Positions 12,735-25,362 are shown, numbered from the stretch's first letter. The stretch is DNA of 64,000 nt from Microcoleus sp. (GCA_042408215.1 JAYFMW010000008.1:1-64000), one strand, 5' to 3'. Numbers and translations: made by a program. Notes: generated from the letters alone by a model not told the origin.

Positions 12735-12933
12735 TGGTGACAACTTAACGTTAAACGCACTGTCTCTTTTGTTTGTATCAAAATCTAGATCCCCCCTAGC
12801 CCCCCTTAATAAGGGGAGTAGGGGGTGGGACAAGATTCTTCTCAAAGTCCCCCTTATTAAGGGGGATTTAGGGGGATCTAGACTCGAATAAAAACGACAT
12901 TATATTATGGGTTTCCGTCTTAAGTTTTCACCA
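12735..12933. mobile_element. Degenerate copy of the GTGTCAACTTAA MITE, nested in a REP-like hairpin
   Basis: tggtgacaacttaa...ttaagttttcacca, flanked by ttcccaggctctg and aggctctgcctgggaa. Confidence 0.6.
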
Positions 12934-12973
12934 ATAGGCTCTGCCTGGGAACCATTTAATCACCAACTATTAA

Positions 12974-14032
12974 TTAAGGATAGAAAGCCAATTGAGGCAA
13001 ACCTAAAGTTTCTTCCCAACCCATCATTAAGTTCATGCACTGGATGCCTTGTCCGGCTTGACCTTTAATTAGATTATCGATCGCCGACATCACAATTACT
13101 CTGTCAGTACGCGGATCTACTTCCACGCCGATATAACAAAGATTCGTGCCACAAGCCCATTTTGTTTGCGGATAAACCCCAGCAGGTAACACTTTTACCC
13201 AAGGACAATTGCGGTAAAAAGCGCTGAAAATGGTAATTAAATCTTCCCGCACCAAACCCGGATCGCGCAAAGTTGCGTAAACAGTGGCCAGAATTCCCCG
13301 CACCATCGGAATTAGGTGGGGAGTAAATTGGACTTTAATATCTTGTCCGGCTAAATTGCTACAAATTTGCTCGATTTCTGGCGTGTGGCGGTGGCGGCCA
13401 ACCCCGTAAGCGCCCAGAGAACCCTCTGCTTCAGCCAACAACAGATTAACTTCGGCTTTGCGACCCCCTCCCGAAGCGCCTGATTTGGCATCGATAATTG
13501 CCGTTTCTGGAATGATCAGACCTTGTTTAAGTAAAGGTGCCAGGGCCAATAAACTAGCGGTGACGTAGCAGCCCGCACAGCCTACTAATTGAGCGTTTTT
13601 AATCCGATCGCGATACAATTCTGGCAAACCGTAAACAGCAGTGGCTGCTAGAGCAGAGTCCGATCGATCGCCACCGTACCAAGCTTTGTAAGTGTCGAGA
13701 TTTTCAAACCTGTAGTCAGCCGACAAATCCAAGACTTTGCACCCGGCTTCAATCAGCTTCGGTGCCATTTGGTAAGCCAAACCGTTGGGTAGCGATAGAA
13801 ATACAACTTCACATTTTGCCGCTATTTTTTCCAAGTCGATCGCCTCGACAGTCAAATCAATGCAGTTAGTCAGATGTGGATAAAGGCTGGAATAAGGTTT
13901 TCCTGCACTGCTATCCCCACCCAAATACACTACTTCGGCCGCTGGGTGATCCGCCAGCAATCGCACAAGTTGCACGCCGCCGTACCCTGAAGCGCCGATA
14001 ATTCCTACAGGCACACGTCCAACATTTCCCAT
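12974..14032 (-). CDS. argC: N-acetyl-gamma-glutamyl-phosphate reductase
   Basis: [38 protein letters not shown]. Confidence 0.97.
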   Translation of the reverse strand: MGNVGRVPVGIIGASGYGGVQLVRLLADHPAAEVVYLGGDSSAGKPYSSLYPHLTNCIDLTVEAIDLEKIAAKCEVVFLSLPNGLAYQMAPKLIEAGCKVLDLSADYRFENLDTYKAWYGGDRSDSALAATAVYGLPELYRDRIKNAQLVGCAGCYVTASLLALAPLLKQGLIIPETAIIDAKSGASGGGRKAEVNLLLAEAEGSLGAYGVGRHRHTPEIEQICSNLAGQDIKVQFTPHLIPMVRGILATVYATLRDPGLVREDLITIFSAFYRNCPWVKVLPAGVYPQTKWACGTNLCYIGVEVDPRTDRVIVMSAIDNLIKGQAGQGIQCMNLMMGWEETLGLPQLAFYP

Positions 14033-14343
14033 TTTCTTTTACCCCTCAGCCCTTGAAACCTAAAAAACGCTTTAACTTTTGCTGAATTATACTACCAAAC
14101 TGCAACTTTGGTGGTCAAGAATTGTTTTTTTGTTTTGGAGGTGTGACTGTGATGCCTTCTCAAGGCTGCGTTAGTCTAATAAATTTGGTAATTTTCGCGA
14201 TCGGCCGATCGCGAAAACCCTAGAATGAACAAACAGATGTGGTATGGTTCTATAAAAACTTACCTTAATTCATCCACAAACAGGAGATTGGGATTCTTCC
14301 CTATTTCTACTGACTACTGACTACTGACTAATGACTTCTTCCT

Positions 14344-15357
14344 ATGATAGTTGTCGAAAACGTATCAAAACAGTTTGGCAGTTTCCAAGCACTCGATCGA
14401 GTCAGCTTAGAAATTGAATCCGGTTCCCTAGTCGCATTGCTCGGCCCGTCCGGTTCAGGCAAGTCTACGCTGCTGCGGCTGATTGCCGGTTTAGAAATGC
14501 CCGACTCCGGCAAAATCTGGCTGACAGGCCAAGATGCCACAAATACCAGTGTCCAAGACCGCAACATTGGGTTTGTGTTTCAGCACTATGCGCTATTCAA
14601 GCACATGACAGTGCGGAAAAATATCGCTTTTGGGATGGAAATTCAGAAAACAGCACCTGCGAAAGTCAAATCGCGGGTAGAGGAATTGTTGAATTTGGTG
14701 CAGTTGGGAGGATTGGGCGATAGATACCCGTCGCAACTTTCAGGAGGCCAGCGACAGCGGGTAGCCCTCGCTAGAGCTTTAGCTGTGGAACCAAAAGTGC
14801 TGCTGTTGGACGAACCTTTCGGAGCACTCGATGCCAAAGTTCGCAAAGACTTGCGTGCTTGGTTGCGGCGACTGCACGACGAAGTACACGTTACCACAGT
14901 CTTTGTGACTCACGACCAAGAAGAAGCGATGGAAGTTGCCGATCGAATTACAGTAATGAGTAAAGGTAAAATCGAACAAGTCGGCACACCCGCAGAAATT
15001 TACGACCATCCAGCTAGTGCTTTCGTAATGAGTTTTATCGGGCCTGTAAATGTATTACCCAGCAGTTCGAGGATGTTTCAAGACAACGGCTTTGACTCAG
15101 CCAACCCGGAGATGTTCTTACGGCCCCACGACGTAGTAATTGAAACTACAGAAAACAGTGCCACAGTGCCTGCGAGAATCAGTCGCTTGATTCATTTGGG
15201 ATGGGAAATTCAGGTGGAATTAACCTTAGATGACGGTCAAGTTTTGAATGCTAATTTGACTAGAGAAAAGTTTGATCGATTGCAGTTACAGCCGCAACAA
15301 AGAGTTTTTGTCAAGCCGAAAGATGCCAAATCTTTTCCGCTTTATTATTCGATTTAA
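14344..15357 (+). CDS. cysA: Sulfate/thiosulfate ABC transporter ATP-binding subunit
   Basis: [50 protein letters not shown]-terminal TOBE-like domain. Confidence 0.92.
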   Translation: MIVVENVSKQFGSFQALDRVSLEIESGSLVALLGPSGSGKSTLLRLIAGLEMPDSGKIWLTGQDATNTSVQDRNIGFVFQHYALFKHMTVRKNIAFGMEIQKTAPAKVKSRVEELLNLVQLGGLGDRYPSQLSGGQRQRVALARALAVEPKVLLLDEPFGALDAKVRKDLRAWLRRLHDEVHVTTVFVTHDQEEAMEVADRITVMSKGKIEQVGTPAEIYDHPASAFVMSFIGPVNVLPSSSRMFQDNGFDSANPEMFLRPHDVVIETTENSATVPARISRLIHLGWEIQVELTLDDGQVLNANLTREKFDRLQLQPQQRVFVKPKDAKSFPLYYSI

Positions 15358-15420
15358 TCCCAATACCGATTTGGGATTTGGGATTTGGGGATTTGGGATG
15401 AAAAACAACATAATACTCAG

Positions 15421-15600
15421 ATACCCGACTTCTTGAAAAAGTCGGGTATCTCACAGGAGAGGACACGGCAATGCCGTTTCCATTCCCCAAAATAATATTG
15501 TAGGGACACGGCATTGCCGTGTCCTGATGGTTCGAATTCGCGGCGGTAGGCGCCCTTCGACTACGCTCAGGAACCGCGTAGTCGAAGGGCACCAACCGCT
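15421..15600. repeat. Cluster of short REP-like palindromes
   Basis: atacccgacttcttgaaaaagtcgggtat; gggacacggcattgccgtgtcc; cccttcgactacgc...gcgtagtcgaaggg. Confidence 0.7.
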
Positions 15601-15641
15601 GTGGGTAATATCAATTCCGATGCCACCGGAATCGATATAAG

Positions 15642-15986
15642 TTAGTCTTTTTTGATATTGCTAACAGCCTTTCTGACTTGTTGCTCAAAGGATGTAGCAT
15701 TTGTGTTGGAAGGATTGAGCATCTTGTCTTTGTCAGCATCTCCCTGAATTTCATTGATCCCTTGGTTGGCTTTTTCCTCAGTTTCTTCCATAGACATCGG
15801 GTCTTTCAAAACTGCTTTTTGAGCTTCTTTCTCAATCCCCAAAAGTTGGTCTGTACCTTTTGTAGGGCTGCTCGTAACGGCAAAAGCTGGGAAAGCATTA
15901 GAAACAAACAGCAAAGCACAAAAACAAACAGTTATAAAAGAGCGAACTAAACGGTTGATAGGTAGTTTAAAGTTGATAAAAGACAT
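15642..15986 (-). CDS. Secreted small protein, low-temperature-induced protein family
   Basis: Signal peptide ending PAFA; KANQGINEIQGDAD motif typical of this cyanobacterial family (recognition only). Confidence 0.65.
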   Translation of the reverse strand: MSFINFKLPINRLVRSFITVCFCALLFVSNAFPAFAVTSSPTKGTDQLLGIEKEAQKAVLKDPMSMEETEEKANQGINEIQGDADKDKMLNPSNTNATSFEQQVRKAVSNIKKD

Positions 15987-16235
15987 AGAAAATCTCTCCC
16001 TTTTTATGATTTTTCATCGCGCAGGTTTACTGGTTAAGACTCGATCAAATCCAGCACAATCTTGAGATCAAGTCTGATACAAGCAAGAGCATTTAGCAGT
16101 TGCTGTTTTTCAAATCAAGCTAATATATATTTAGCTAAAAAAGCTATGGCTTGACATCTTTCTCAGGGAATATTTATACCGAGAGCCCCGACTTCTTAAA
16201 GAAGTCGGGGCTCTAATCGGAGCAAGGTCGGACAC

Positions 16236-16382
16236 GGCAATGCCAACGGTGGCATCGGTGGAGCCGGAGTCTACTAAGATGATCTCAACATCCCGTACAC
16301 TTTGTTCCATGATGCCACTGAGCAGACGTCCTATATGTTGTTCTTCGTTGTAGCATCGGATTACAACAGAGCATTTCACCAT
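16236..16382 (-). pseudogene. Glycosyltransferase family 2, N-terminal fragment
   Basis: MVKCSVVIRCYNEE...IILVDSGSTDAT, then runs into REP-like repeats (gacacggcaatgcc; gccccgacttcttaaagaagtcggggc). Confidence 0.75.
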
Positions 16383-16469
16383 ATTTTTTGTCTGTTTTTG
16401 ATTTTAGATTAACATTATTTGGGGACTAGGTAGAGTCAGTTTTTGTTTCTTAAAGAGGAGATTGGGTTA

Positions 16470-19400
16470 ATGTCAGAAATTCAAAGTGGGGCTAATAGCG
16501 TTTTTCAGAGGGCGAGAAATCTGAAAAAGCCGAAAATTACCATGTCAACCCTTGGCAAAAATGGGCGTTTCGGAAATCAAATTTTCCAATATGCTTTTTA
16601 AAAAATTTATGCCAAGCAGCACAATCTTTATGTAGAGACACCTACTTGGATAGGGCAATATTTATTTGGACATGACGATCCTCCTATTTCTCAACAACTA
16701 CCAGAATTTAAAGAAAGGATAAACAGAGTAGAATTTTCACAATCTCGCATTCTTAATTCTCCAGCATCTTTGAATAACGTAGATTTATGGGGATATTTTC
16801 AATACCATACTAGCTATTATTCTCAATATAAAGATTATTTTCGCAATTTATTTAAGCCTTTGCCAGAGATAGAAACTGGGTTGCAAAAGGCGGTAAATCT
16901 TTTGCGAAGCAAGGGTAAAACTGTGATAGGGATTCACTTGCGACGTCTCAAATATGATTACGCAATTTTTTACACAACCCCTAGCGATCGCTACAAAGAA
17001 TGGCTTAAAGAAATTTGGGAAACTTTGCAAGAACCCGTGTTATTTATCGCCAGTGACGACTTAGACGCAGTAATTGACGACTTTGGCGAATATAATCCAG
17101 TAACTGTTAAAGACTTGAAGGTAGAATTGCCTAAAGCAAACTATTATCCAGATTTATACATCTTAACTCAATGCGATGTTGTTGCTATTTCCAATAGCAC
17201 ATTTTCCTTTATCGCTTCCATGCTGAACGAGCGAGCTAAATTTTTCTGCCGACCCTCATTAGTAAGTAACAAGATTATTCCCTTCGATCCCTGGGATAGT
17301 TATGTTTTATTAACCGAAAAGAAAGAAAATTTGCCAGACTCAGGCTATAAAGCGCGGATTACAACGAGCGATTCCTTAACAGTCGCAAAAAGTGATATGT
17401 TTACAATATCTGCTAAAGTTAAAAACGTTAGCGATGTTGCTTGGCAGCGGAGTTGCGTGAGCCGCATTGTCTTAGCTTATCGCTGGCTAGATGAGAAGGA
17501 AAATGTTGTTCGGGAACATGATTCCGAAGGTAACTTCGAGCTTGATTTACAACCTGGTGAGGAAACAAAAGTGAGCTTTAAAATTAATGCTCCAAGTTTA
17601 GAAGGCAAGTTCATTTTAGAGCTAGATATGCTGGATGAAGATATTGCGTGGTTTAAAGAGAAAGGAGGTGAAACCACTAAGGTGAATGTTTTAGTAGAAC
17701 CCAAAGCAAAGGCCGCAAAGGTAGAGCAAAAGTGGAAGTTAAAAACGCCAGTTGCTTTTCTAATTTATAAACGTCCCGATCTTACTGAAAAAGTTTTTGA
17801 AGCCATTCGTCAAGCCAAACCAACAAAACTTTTAGTAATTGCTGATGGTCCTAAAGCTGATGTAGCTGGAGAAACTGAGAAGTGCATGAAAACCAGAGCA
17901 ATTATTGATAAGGTAGATTGGGATTGTGAAGTAATTACTAATTATTCTGAGACAAATTTAGGTTGTCGCGATCGCGTTTCGAGTGGCTTGGATTGGGTAT
18001 TTGAGCAAGTGGAAGAGGCAATTATTTTAGAAGATGACTGCTTACCGCATCCCACATTCTTTCGCTTTTGTGAATAATTATTAGAGCGCTATAAAGATGA
18101 CGAACGAGTAATGCAAATTTCCGGAACTAATACACAGTATGGAAATAGACGAACAAAAGATAGTTATTACTTTTCAATTTATAATCGTGCTTGGGGTTGG
18201 GCAAGTTGGCGACGTGCATGGAATCATTATGATGTAAATATGACACAATGGGAAAAGCTGAAAAATACTAACTGGTTGGAATATATTTTAAGAGATAAAC
18301 AAGCTGCTAAAAATTGGTCAGACCGTTTTCAATGGACTTATGAAGGCACAATAGATACTTGGGATCATCAATGGAAACTTGATTGTTGGATGCATAATGG
18401 ATTGAGTATTATACCGTCTGTTAATTTAGTCACAAATATTGGTTTTGGTGCAGAAGGAACTCACTGTCTAGACCAAAATAATATACTAGCAAATATTCCT
18501 CAAGAAAAAAAATCCTTTCCTCTAAAACATCCTCATTTAGTCGAGCGTCATCTGGGAGCTGATGAGTTTGAAGAAACAACTCTTTACAGTGTTCGAGAAA
18601 CAAAAAAATTGGAAAGAATTAAAAAGATTACGCCTGATTTTGATACTACTATTTTTCCTATTAAAAAGCACTTTGTACCAGAATTTCGGGTAATTAAAAT
18701 CGCTCACATCATCAACCCCGTCATCGTCAACGAATCTTCAGACCTCCACATCGCCCAACCTATTACCTTGGCCACCATGAAAACTGCCCAACAACAAGCA
18801 GAAGGCAAAGTGGATGTCACTATCTACACCGCCCAATATCCAGAAGACCGCGCCATCATCCCTGAAGGCTTTATCCAAACCCCCGACCTAGACCGCTCTA
18901 TTTTAGACATCGCCCAATTCCAAAATCCTCGGAAACTGCCCCTAATTAAAGACATCCTAGACCGTCTCTACGAAGCCGCCCCAGAAGCGGACTACCTCAT
19001 CTATACCAATGCCGATATTGCCCTGCAACCCCACTTCTACACCGAAGTGGCAAAAATTATCGAGGAAGGATACGATGCTTTTGTTATCAACCGTCGCACT
19101 ATTCCAGACCATTACAAAGACATCTCAGAAATTCCCCAAATGTATGCGGAAAAAGGGGAACCCCACCCCGGTCACGACTGCTTTATTTTTAAAAGAAGCT
19201 TGTATGAAAAATCTTACCTAGAAAACCACGTCATAGGAGTTGGCTTCTGCTTCAGACCCATGTTCTTAAACTGCCTGTGTCATGGGGAAAAATTCCAGGA
19301 GTTTAGAGATTTACACTTAACTTTTCATATTGGCAACCAGGAAACGTGGAAAGACAGCAAACTACAAGATTATTTAAACCATAATAAAAATGAAGCCCAG

Positions 19401-19883
19401 AAAATATTTGACTATTATCTCAATCAAAATTTGCTGCCAAATCATCCCCTAATAGAAGAAAGGTTCGACCTATTCGCCAAACCTCTCTCCTCACCCACGC
19501 CTTCTGTCGAATTACCCGCAGATGCCACCGCCAAAGATTACTATCAATTGGGGCAAAAACTCGAAAAAGAAAAGCAACTGGAACGGGCATTAAAAGCTTA
19601 TCAAAAAGCAATTGAAATTGATCCCAATAACTCCTGGTATCACCACAATCTGGCTAACGTTTTCCGCAAACAAAATCAAATCCAACAAGCAATTACCGCT
19701 TATGAAAACGCCATCAAAATTAATCCTAAATTCTCCTGGTCACACTATCATTTAGGTTGTCTTCTCGAACAACAGGGCAAAATTCAAGAATCCATTAGCG
19801 CTTACCAAACAGCAGTAGAACTATACCCTAATTTTAAAGTTTATCAAAGCAAGTTGGAAAGCCTGACTAAACTTGCAAAATAA
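16470..19883 (+). pseudogene. Multidomain glycosyltransferase (GT11-like + Ig-like + GT-A + TPR) with two in-frame ochre stops
   Basis: One frame from ATG 16470: GRFGNQIFQYAF* (TAA 16599-16601), GIHLRR, SNSTFS, IILEDD, FCE* (TAA 18075-18077), WGWASWRRAW, C-terminal TPRs. Confidence 0.8.
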
Positions 19884-20259
19884 GATTACAATCGATATTG
19901 AAATCGCGGCTACACAAACGATGTCCGCCTTCGCGGACAAAGATGGTATTTGGGGATGAAAAGAAAAATCCGACCGATGAAATCTTCAAACCGCGTCGGC
20001 GGGTTTTGTTTGTGTAGATGCGGTTTCAACCGCCTTTGTTTAAAGTTTTGTTTCTTTGTCGATAACTTTCAGGGTCTTTAGATTCGGTTTCACTGAATAA
20101 AGTGTTCGGTTATCCGTACTTGACAAATATTATTTTATGCTTTTTGCTCGGTGCTGCTCGGTGCGTGCGCTTCGCTTACGCACCCTACGATTCAACCGCC
20201 GGGTAATTAAAAGGATAATTAACAGGCGATTGAAATCGCGGCTACACAAACGATGTCCG

Positions 20260-20354
20260 CCTTCGGGTCACGCAAATGAACTAACAGTTGTTCAAGCCAG
20301 TCCCGATAAACGGGGTAAACATGGGCGCTGGCAATGACAATCACATCTCCTGCC
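20260..20354 (-). pseudogene. Internal GT2 fragment overlapping the end of hisF
   Basis: Minus strand reads [32 protein letters not shown], ending at a REP-like repeat. Confidence 0.55.
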
Positions 20355-21114
20355 GCACCGGAACTTGGCATTTTGCCAGATAACTCTTAATTTCTCCCAC
20401 GCTGAGTTGGCCGTAATGCAGCAAGGAAGCCAGGAGTGCAGCTTCTGCTTTACCCTCAGTCACGGCCTCGTAGATGTGGTGGCAGTTCCCAGCGCCACCG
20501 GAAGCAATGACCGGAATTTCGACAATTTCAGCGATACTTCGGGTTAATTCCAAGTCGTAGCCAGCTTGAGTGCCGTCAGAGTCCATACTTGTTACCAGCA
20601 GTTCGCCCGCGCCCCGTTTTTCGACTTCCTTGGCCCAGGCGATCGCATCTTTGCCCGTATTTTCTCGCCCTCCGCGCACGTACACATCCCAACCGGGATT
20701 GTCAGCGTCTTGGCGTTTGCGTGCGTCGATCGCCACTACAATACACTGATTGCCAAATCGATCGCTCGCTCGGTCAATCAAGCCAGGATCGCGCACCGCC
20801 GCTGAATTAATACTGACCTTATCGGCGCCAGCCCTCAACAAACTTCTAATCGTGTCTAAAGATTGGATGCCGCCACCCACTGTCAAAGGGATAAATACTC
20901 GATCGGCAGTCCGGTACACCACATCGATCATAATATCCCGGTCTTCGTGAGTCGCCGTAATATCCAGAAACACCAACTCGTCAGCACCGGCATCATTGTA
21001 AACCTGAGCCATTTCTACGGGATCGCCAGCATCCTGAAGGTTGACAAAATTCACACCTTTGACCACGCGACCGGCTTTGACATCCAGACAAGGCAAAATT
21101 CTCTTCGACAACAT
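20341..21114 (-). CDS. hisF: Imidazole glycerol phosphate synthase cyclase subunit
   Basis: [43 protein letters not shown]. Confidence 0.98.
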   Translation of the reverse strand: MLSKRILPCLDVKAGRVVKGVNFVNLQDAGDPVEMAQVYNDAGADELVFLDITATHEDRDIMIDVVYRTADRVFIPLTVGGGIQSLDTIRSLLRAGADKVSINSAAVRDPGLIDRASDRFGNQCIVVAIDARKRQDADNPGWDVYVRGGRENTGKDAIAWAKEVEKRGAGELLVTSMDSDGTQAGYDLELTRSIAEIVEIPVIASGGAGNCHHIYEAVTEGKAEAALLASLLHYGQLSVGEIKSYLAKCQVPVRQEM

Positions 21115-21706
21115 AGAATTCTCTTCCAATAGTTAATGACCGCCGGAGCGAGGAAAAGGCTTTGGCGAGGTCTGCAAAAGATTAACTTAGTTGACAAATC
21201 TTAAAGATACCGGGTTAAAGGACTCTCTATCTGCATACAAGCCCACGCCCCCCTACCGCCCGCCGAGGTTCGTGAGTCATTTTCCCACTTTTTTCTGCCC
21301 CCTCAAAATAAATAAAACTTGGTTCGGATTCGGGGTAGGCAGCATGATCGGGTACAATCTTGGTAGACAGTCTGTTTTTACTGGCGGCTCCGGCGGTCTG
21401 AGAGTTGTCCTTTCGGCAAAAAGCAGCAGATTTAACTTTCCTGAGCAACCCTCGGACAGGAAAATCTGAAGCTTTATGGCAGAATCATAAATACCTTCGA
21501 TCGCTCGATCGAATTGTGGTTCGGCAATCCTGAATGGTTCGGTGCATCGACGAGGGAGTAAACAATCTGAGATTTTAGAACAGCCGATTTGAGGTTTTTA
21601 AGTAGAACTCTCAGCGATCGGTCGCGCAGTCTATCTCAATCTAAAATCTTAAGTCTCAAACCTCAAATCGGTTAATTTGGTGTCGTTTCTAGGACTGTGG
21701 TGACGA

Positions 21707-22678
21707 GTGCAACCCAATCCACATCTGGTACTTCGCACAGAAGGCGGCAATCGCTACTTGTCGCTCTCCGGCAGTAATTGCTGGACTATAGGGCGGAGCG
21801 ATGACAATAATTTTGTATTGACCGATCGCTGGATTTCCCGCAATCACGCGATGTTACAGCAAATGGAAACCGGAGAATTCTACCTGATTGACTTAGGAAG
21901 CCGCAATGGTTCTTTTGTCAACGGGCGGCGGGTCAGTATTCCTGTCACGCTGAGAAATGGCGATCGGGTGATTTTTGGTCAAACCGAACTGGAATTCTAC
22001 AACCCAACCCCTAGCCACCGGATCGATCGAGTACAGGAAGCAGACTCTGAAGATTTTACGGCAACTTTGACTGTTCGCAGCCTGATTAGCGTCATGGTGA
22101 TGGATATCCGCGACTTTACCGTCTTGACTCGGCAGCTAGACGAAACCCTGCTCTCAGAAGTCATCGGTAGTTGGTTCCGCTCTTCAGGACTGATTATTCG
22201 AGAACATGGGAGTTGGGTAGACAAATACATCGGCGATGCGATCATGGCAGTCTGGTTCCATAAACCCAACGGCGTCAGCAGTGAAGAAATGATGCGGATT
22301 TGCCAAGCTTTGAGCAAACTGCACAAAGCAACGGACGAACTCAGCAGCCGCTACCCCCTACCTTTTCCTTTGCGAGTCGGTGCTGGAATTAACACCGGTT
22401 ACGCAATGGTGGGAAATTCTGGCAGCAGCGATCGATCGGACTACACGGCCTTGGGAGATACTGTAAACGCGGCGTTTCGCCTGGAGTCTTGCACTAAGCA
22501 AATCGGCAAGGACATCGCCGTGGGAGAAACAACCTACAAATACCTTAAGGAATTGGGGGCAGAGAGCGCTTTCGAGCAGTACACGGTGTCTTTGAAAGGT
22601 TACGACACTCCCAGCGTCACCTATGGCGCTACTTATGCTGACTTGAACGCTTTTCTGGAAGCAGGCGGCAAGAAGTGA
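21707..22678 (+). CDS. FHA domain + class III adenylate/guanylate cyclase
   Basis: FHA (IGRS, ISRNHA, DLGSRNG); cyclase (DIRDFT, KYIGDA, GDTVNAAFRLES). Confidence 0.9.
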   Translation: MQPNPHLVLRTEGGNRYLSLSGSNCWTIGRSDDNNFVLTDRWISRNHAMLQQMETGEFYLIDLGSRNGSFVNGRRVSIPVTLRNGDRVIFGQTELEFYNPTPSHRIDRVQEADSEDFTATLTVRSLISVMVMDIRDFTVLTRQLDETLLSEVIGSWFRSSGLIIREHGSWVDKYIGDAIMAVWFHKPNGVSSEEMMRICQALSKLHKATDELSSRYPLPFPLRVGAGINTGYAMVGNSGSSDRSDYTALGDTVNAAFRLESCTKQIGKDIAVGETTYKYLKELGAESAFEQYTVSLKGYDTPSVTYGATYADLNAFLEAGGKK

Positions 22679-22813
22679 ACTACCCAGACACTCACTCCGT
22701 GAGCGTAACCTAGGAGTTCCTGATTCCCCGATCGCGATTTGTCTGAAAAACTGCATAAGCAAAATGCTAGTCTCTAGATAAATGTTCAATATGAAATTGG
22801 GAGACATAACTTC

Positions 22814-23248
22814 ATGAAACGATTGGGTCGTCTATTGGCAGTATTGGGCTTAGTGCTGGGCTGCTTTGCATGGGCTGGAGACCAAAGCGCGATCGCGGCT
22901 TCTTTGAGCCGTCTAACATTGCCATCCTCCTCGCTCATAGCAGTTGAAGCGCCGGCTAGAACCAATCGCGCCGACGAAAAGCTGGCCACAGAATACGGCA
23001 AAAAACTTGATTTGAACAACAGCGCTGTCCGGGACTTTCGGGACTATCGGGGGATGTATCCCACTTTGGCTCGACTAATTATTAAGAATGCTCCTTACGA
23101 AAAAATTGAGGACGTACTCAACATTTCCGACTTGACTGAACCTCAGAAAAAGTTGTTGGAAGCCAACATGGACAAATTCACGGTGACAGATGTTGAATCA
23201 GTCTTTATTGAAGGAGACACCAGGTTGAACAATGGTCTCTACGACTAG
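22814..23248 (+). CDS. psbU: Photosystem II extrinsic protein PsbU
   Basis: Signal peptide; [32 protein letters not shown]. Confidence 0.95.
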   Translation: MKRLGRLLAVLGLVLGCFAWAGDQSAIAASLSRLTLPSSSLIAVEAPARTNRADEKLATEYGKKLDLNNSAVRDFRDYRGMYPTLARLIIKNAPYEKIEDVLNISDLTEPQKKLLEANMDKFTVTDVESVFIEGDTRLNNGLYD

Positions 23249-23535
23249 ATAGCACTGGCTCTCATCGGTCCGCAGAAGGCAGAAGGCAGAAAGCAGAAGG
23301 CAAAAAGAAAAGATCTTTTTCTGGAAGCTAATGAGTTCTGCCTTTGATTTTTCAGTATTAATTCTCAAATATAAAATCTCAAATCGCCTGACTGCTTAGC
23401 ATCGCAACCACCTGGGCGGTTAGTACCTTTTAAATTTCTCAAATTATTGATTTTATTGGATCTTCCTTCTTCCCTTTTCCTTCTTGCTTCTTGCTTCTTG
23501 CTTCTTGCTTCTTGCTTCTTCCTTCCTTCTGGTAT

Positions 23536-25197
23536 ATGACTGAAAAATTTGACGTATTGGTTGTAGGTGCCGGCGCTGCCGGTCTATACACGGCACTTTG
23601 CCTCCCAGAACACTTGCAGGTGGGCTTGATTAATAAAAATACCCTACCTGTTTCTGCTAGCGATTGGGCCCAAGGAGGGATTGCTGCGGCGATCGCCCCT
23701 GAAGACTCTGCGGCGCTGCACGTTCAGGATACGCTGGTGGCGGGGGCTGGTCTTTGCGATTTGGATGCGGTCAAATTTTTAGTTGAGGAAGCCCCTGCTT
23801 GTATTGACTCCCTGGTAAAAATGGGCGTTGCATTCGATCGCGCGGGTCCAGACTTAGCACTCACCCTAGAAGCGGCCCACTCCCGCCGTCGCGTGCTCCA
23901 CTCCGCCGACACCACAGGTAAAGCAGTTGTGAGTACCCTGACGGCGAAAGTCTTGAGCCGCAAAAATATTCAACTGATATCTCCTGCATTTGCTCTCTCT
24001 TTGTGGCTAGACCCCGAAACAGGGCGTTGTCAGGGCATTAGCGCGATTTGTGGCATATCAGTCAAATGGCTGCGGGCGCAGGCCGTGGTGCTCGCCACAG
24101 GCGGCGGTGGACAGGTATTTGCTCAAACGACTAACCCGTCAGTCAGCACCGGAGACGGGGTGGCAATTGGTTGGCGCGCCGGGGCGCTGCTGCGAGATTT
24201 AGAATTTGTGCAATTTCACCCTACAGCCCTCAGTAAAGTGGGCGCGCCTCGGTTTTTGATCAGCGAAGCGGTGCGGGGAGAAGGTGCTCACTTGGTGGAT
24301 GGTAAAGGATATCGGTTTGCTTTTGACTATCACCCCAGTGGGGAACTCGCACCTAGGGATGTTGTCAGCCGCGCTATTTTCCGCCACTTGCAGAAGACTG
24401 GGGAACCTCATGTTTTGCTGGATTTGCGCCCGATCGACTGCGATCGACTGCGCTACAGGTTTCCGAATATCATCCAAGTGTGCGCTGATTGGGGAATTGA
24501 CGTGTTTTCCGAACCAGTGCCGGTAACGCCGGCGGCTCATTACTGGATGGGAGGGATTGTCGCTGACAAGTTCAACCAAACTTCGATTCCGGGTTTGTAC
24601 GCGGTGGGAGAAACGGCGAGTACGGGAGTTCACGGTGCCAACCGGTTGGCGAGTAATTCGCTGCTGGAATGTCTGGTTTTTGGGTCGAAAATGGCGCTTT
24701 TGAAGGTAGAAAGTATCAGCCAGAAGGCATTTGAGAATGAGGAAGATTCAGGGGAAATTATCGAAAAGTCGATTCATGTTTCGGAAATTGAGGCGATCGA
24801 AAAATTGCGCTTTGAACTGCCACAATTGGTATGGCAGAGTGCGGGAATTTGTCGCGGTTCGGCTGATTTGGAAAGTGCGATCGGTCAAGTTGAAATTTGG
24901 CGACAAGAATTTGCCTCTTTGTCCTTGAGTCAAACTTTGCTGAATGTGCAGCCCGGACAAATTATCAATTTTTCCCCTGCTGATGCAGAAAACAGCGTGC
25001 TCTTAAGAAATTGGGGGGAAGTTGGCAATTTATTGGATATTGGCTACTTAATTCTCAAAAGTGCTGCTTTCCGCACCGAAAGTCGAGGTGGTCACTATCG
25101 GCTGGACTATCCCCTCACCGATCCAAATTGGTGCAGGCACACTTTAATTCAGAACAGCAATTGGTACAAATCTACTGTTATATTCAATCCGGGTTAG
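23536..25197 (+). CDS. nadB: L-aspartate oxidase
   Basis: GAGAAG, SDWAQGGIAA, EAAHSRRR, QFHPT, LAPRDVVSRAI, HGANRLASNSLLE; ATG at 23536. Confidence 0.96.
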   Translation: MTEKFDVLVVGAGAAGLYTALCLPEHLQVGLINKNTLPVSASDWAQGGIAAAIAPEDSAALHVQDTLVAGAGLCDLDAVKFLVEEAPACIDSLVKMGVAFDRAGPDLALTLEAAHSRRRVLHSADTTGKAVVSTLTAKVLSRKNIQLISPAFALSLWLDPETGRCQGISAICGISVKWLRAQAVVLATGGGGQVFAQTTNPSVSTGDGVAIGWRAGALLRDLEFVQFHPTALSKVGAPRFLISEAVRGEGAHLVDGKGYRFAFDYHPSGELAPRDVVSRAIFRHLQKTGEPHVLLDLRPIDCDRLRYRFPNIIQVCADWGIDVFSEPVPVTPAAHYWMGGIVADKFNQTSIPGLYAVGETASTGVHGANRLASNSLLECLVFGSKMALLKVESISQKAFENEEDSGEIIEKSIHVSEIEAIEKLRFELPQLVWQSAGICRGSADLESAIGQVEIWRQEFASLSLSQTLLNVQPGQIINFSPADAENSVLLRNWGEVGNLLDIGYLILKSAAFRTESRGGHYRLDYPLTDPNWCRHTLIQNSNWYKSTVIFNPG

Positions 25198-25362
25198 TGA
25201 TCTTTTAGGTCGGCTTTTGTCCCCACATCATCCGACTCCAAAGTCTGTCGCCTCTGCTGGGGAGGGTGAAGCATTTGGACATAAAAGATCCGGTTTTCAA
25301 CATAAATTTTAGCCCAAATGCTTCACGCCGGAGTCTATAAAAAGCTTGAGATTGCGCGGGTA

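Noticed and set aside
21130..21700. Small ORFs or an ncRNA between hisF and the cyclase gene
   Set aside because: No recognisable protein or RNA motif; cannot be supported without comparative data
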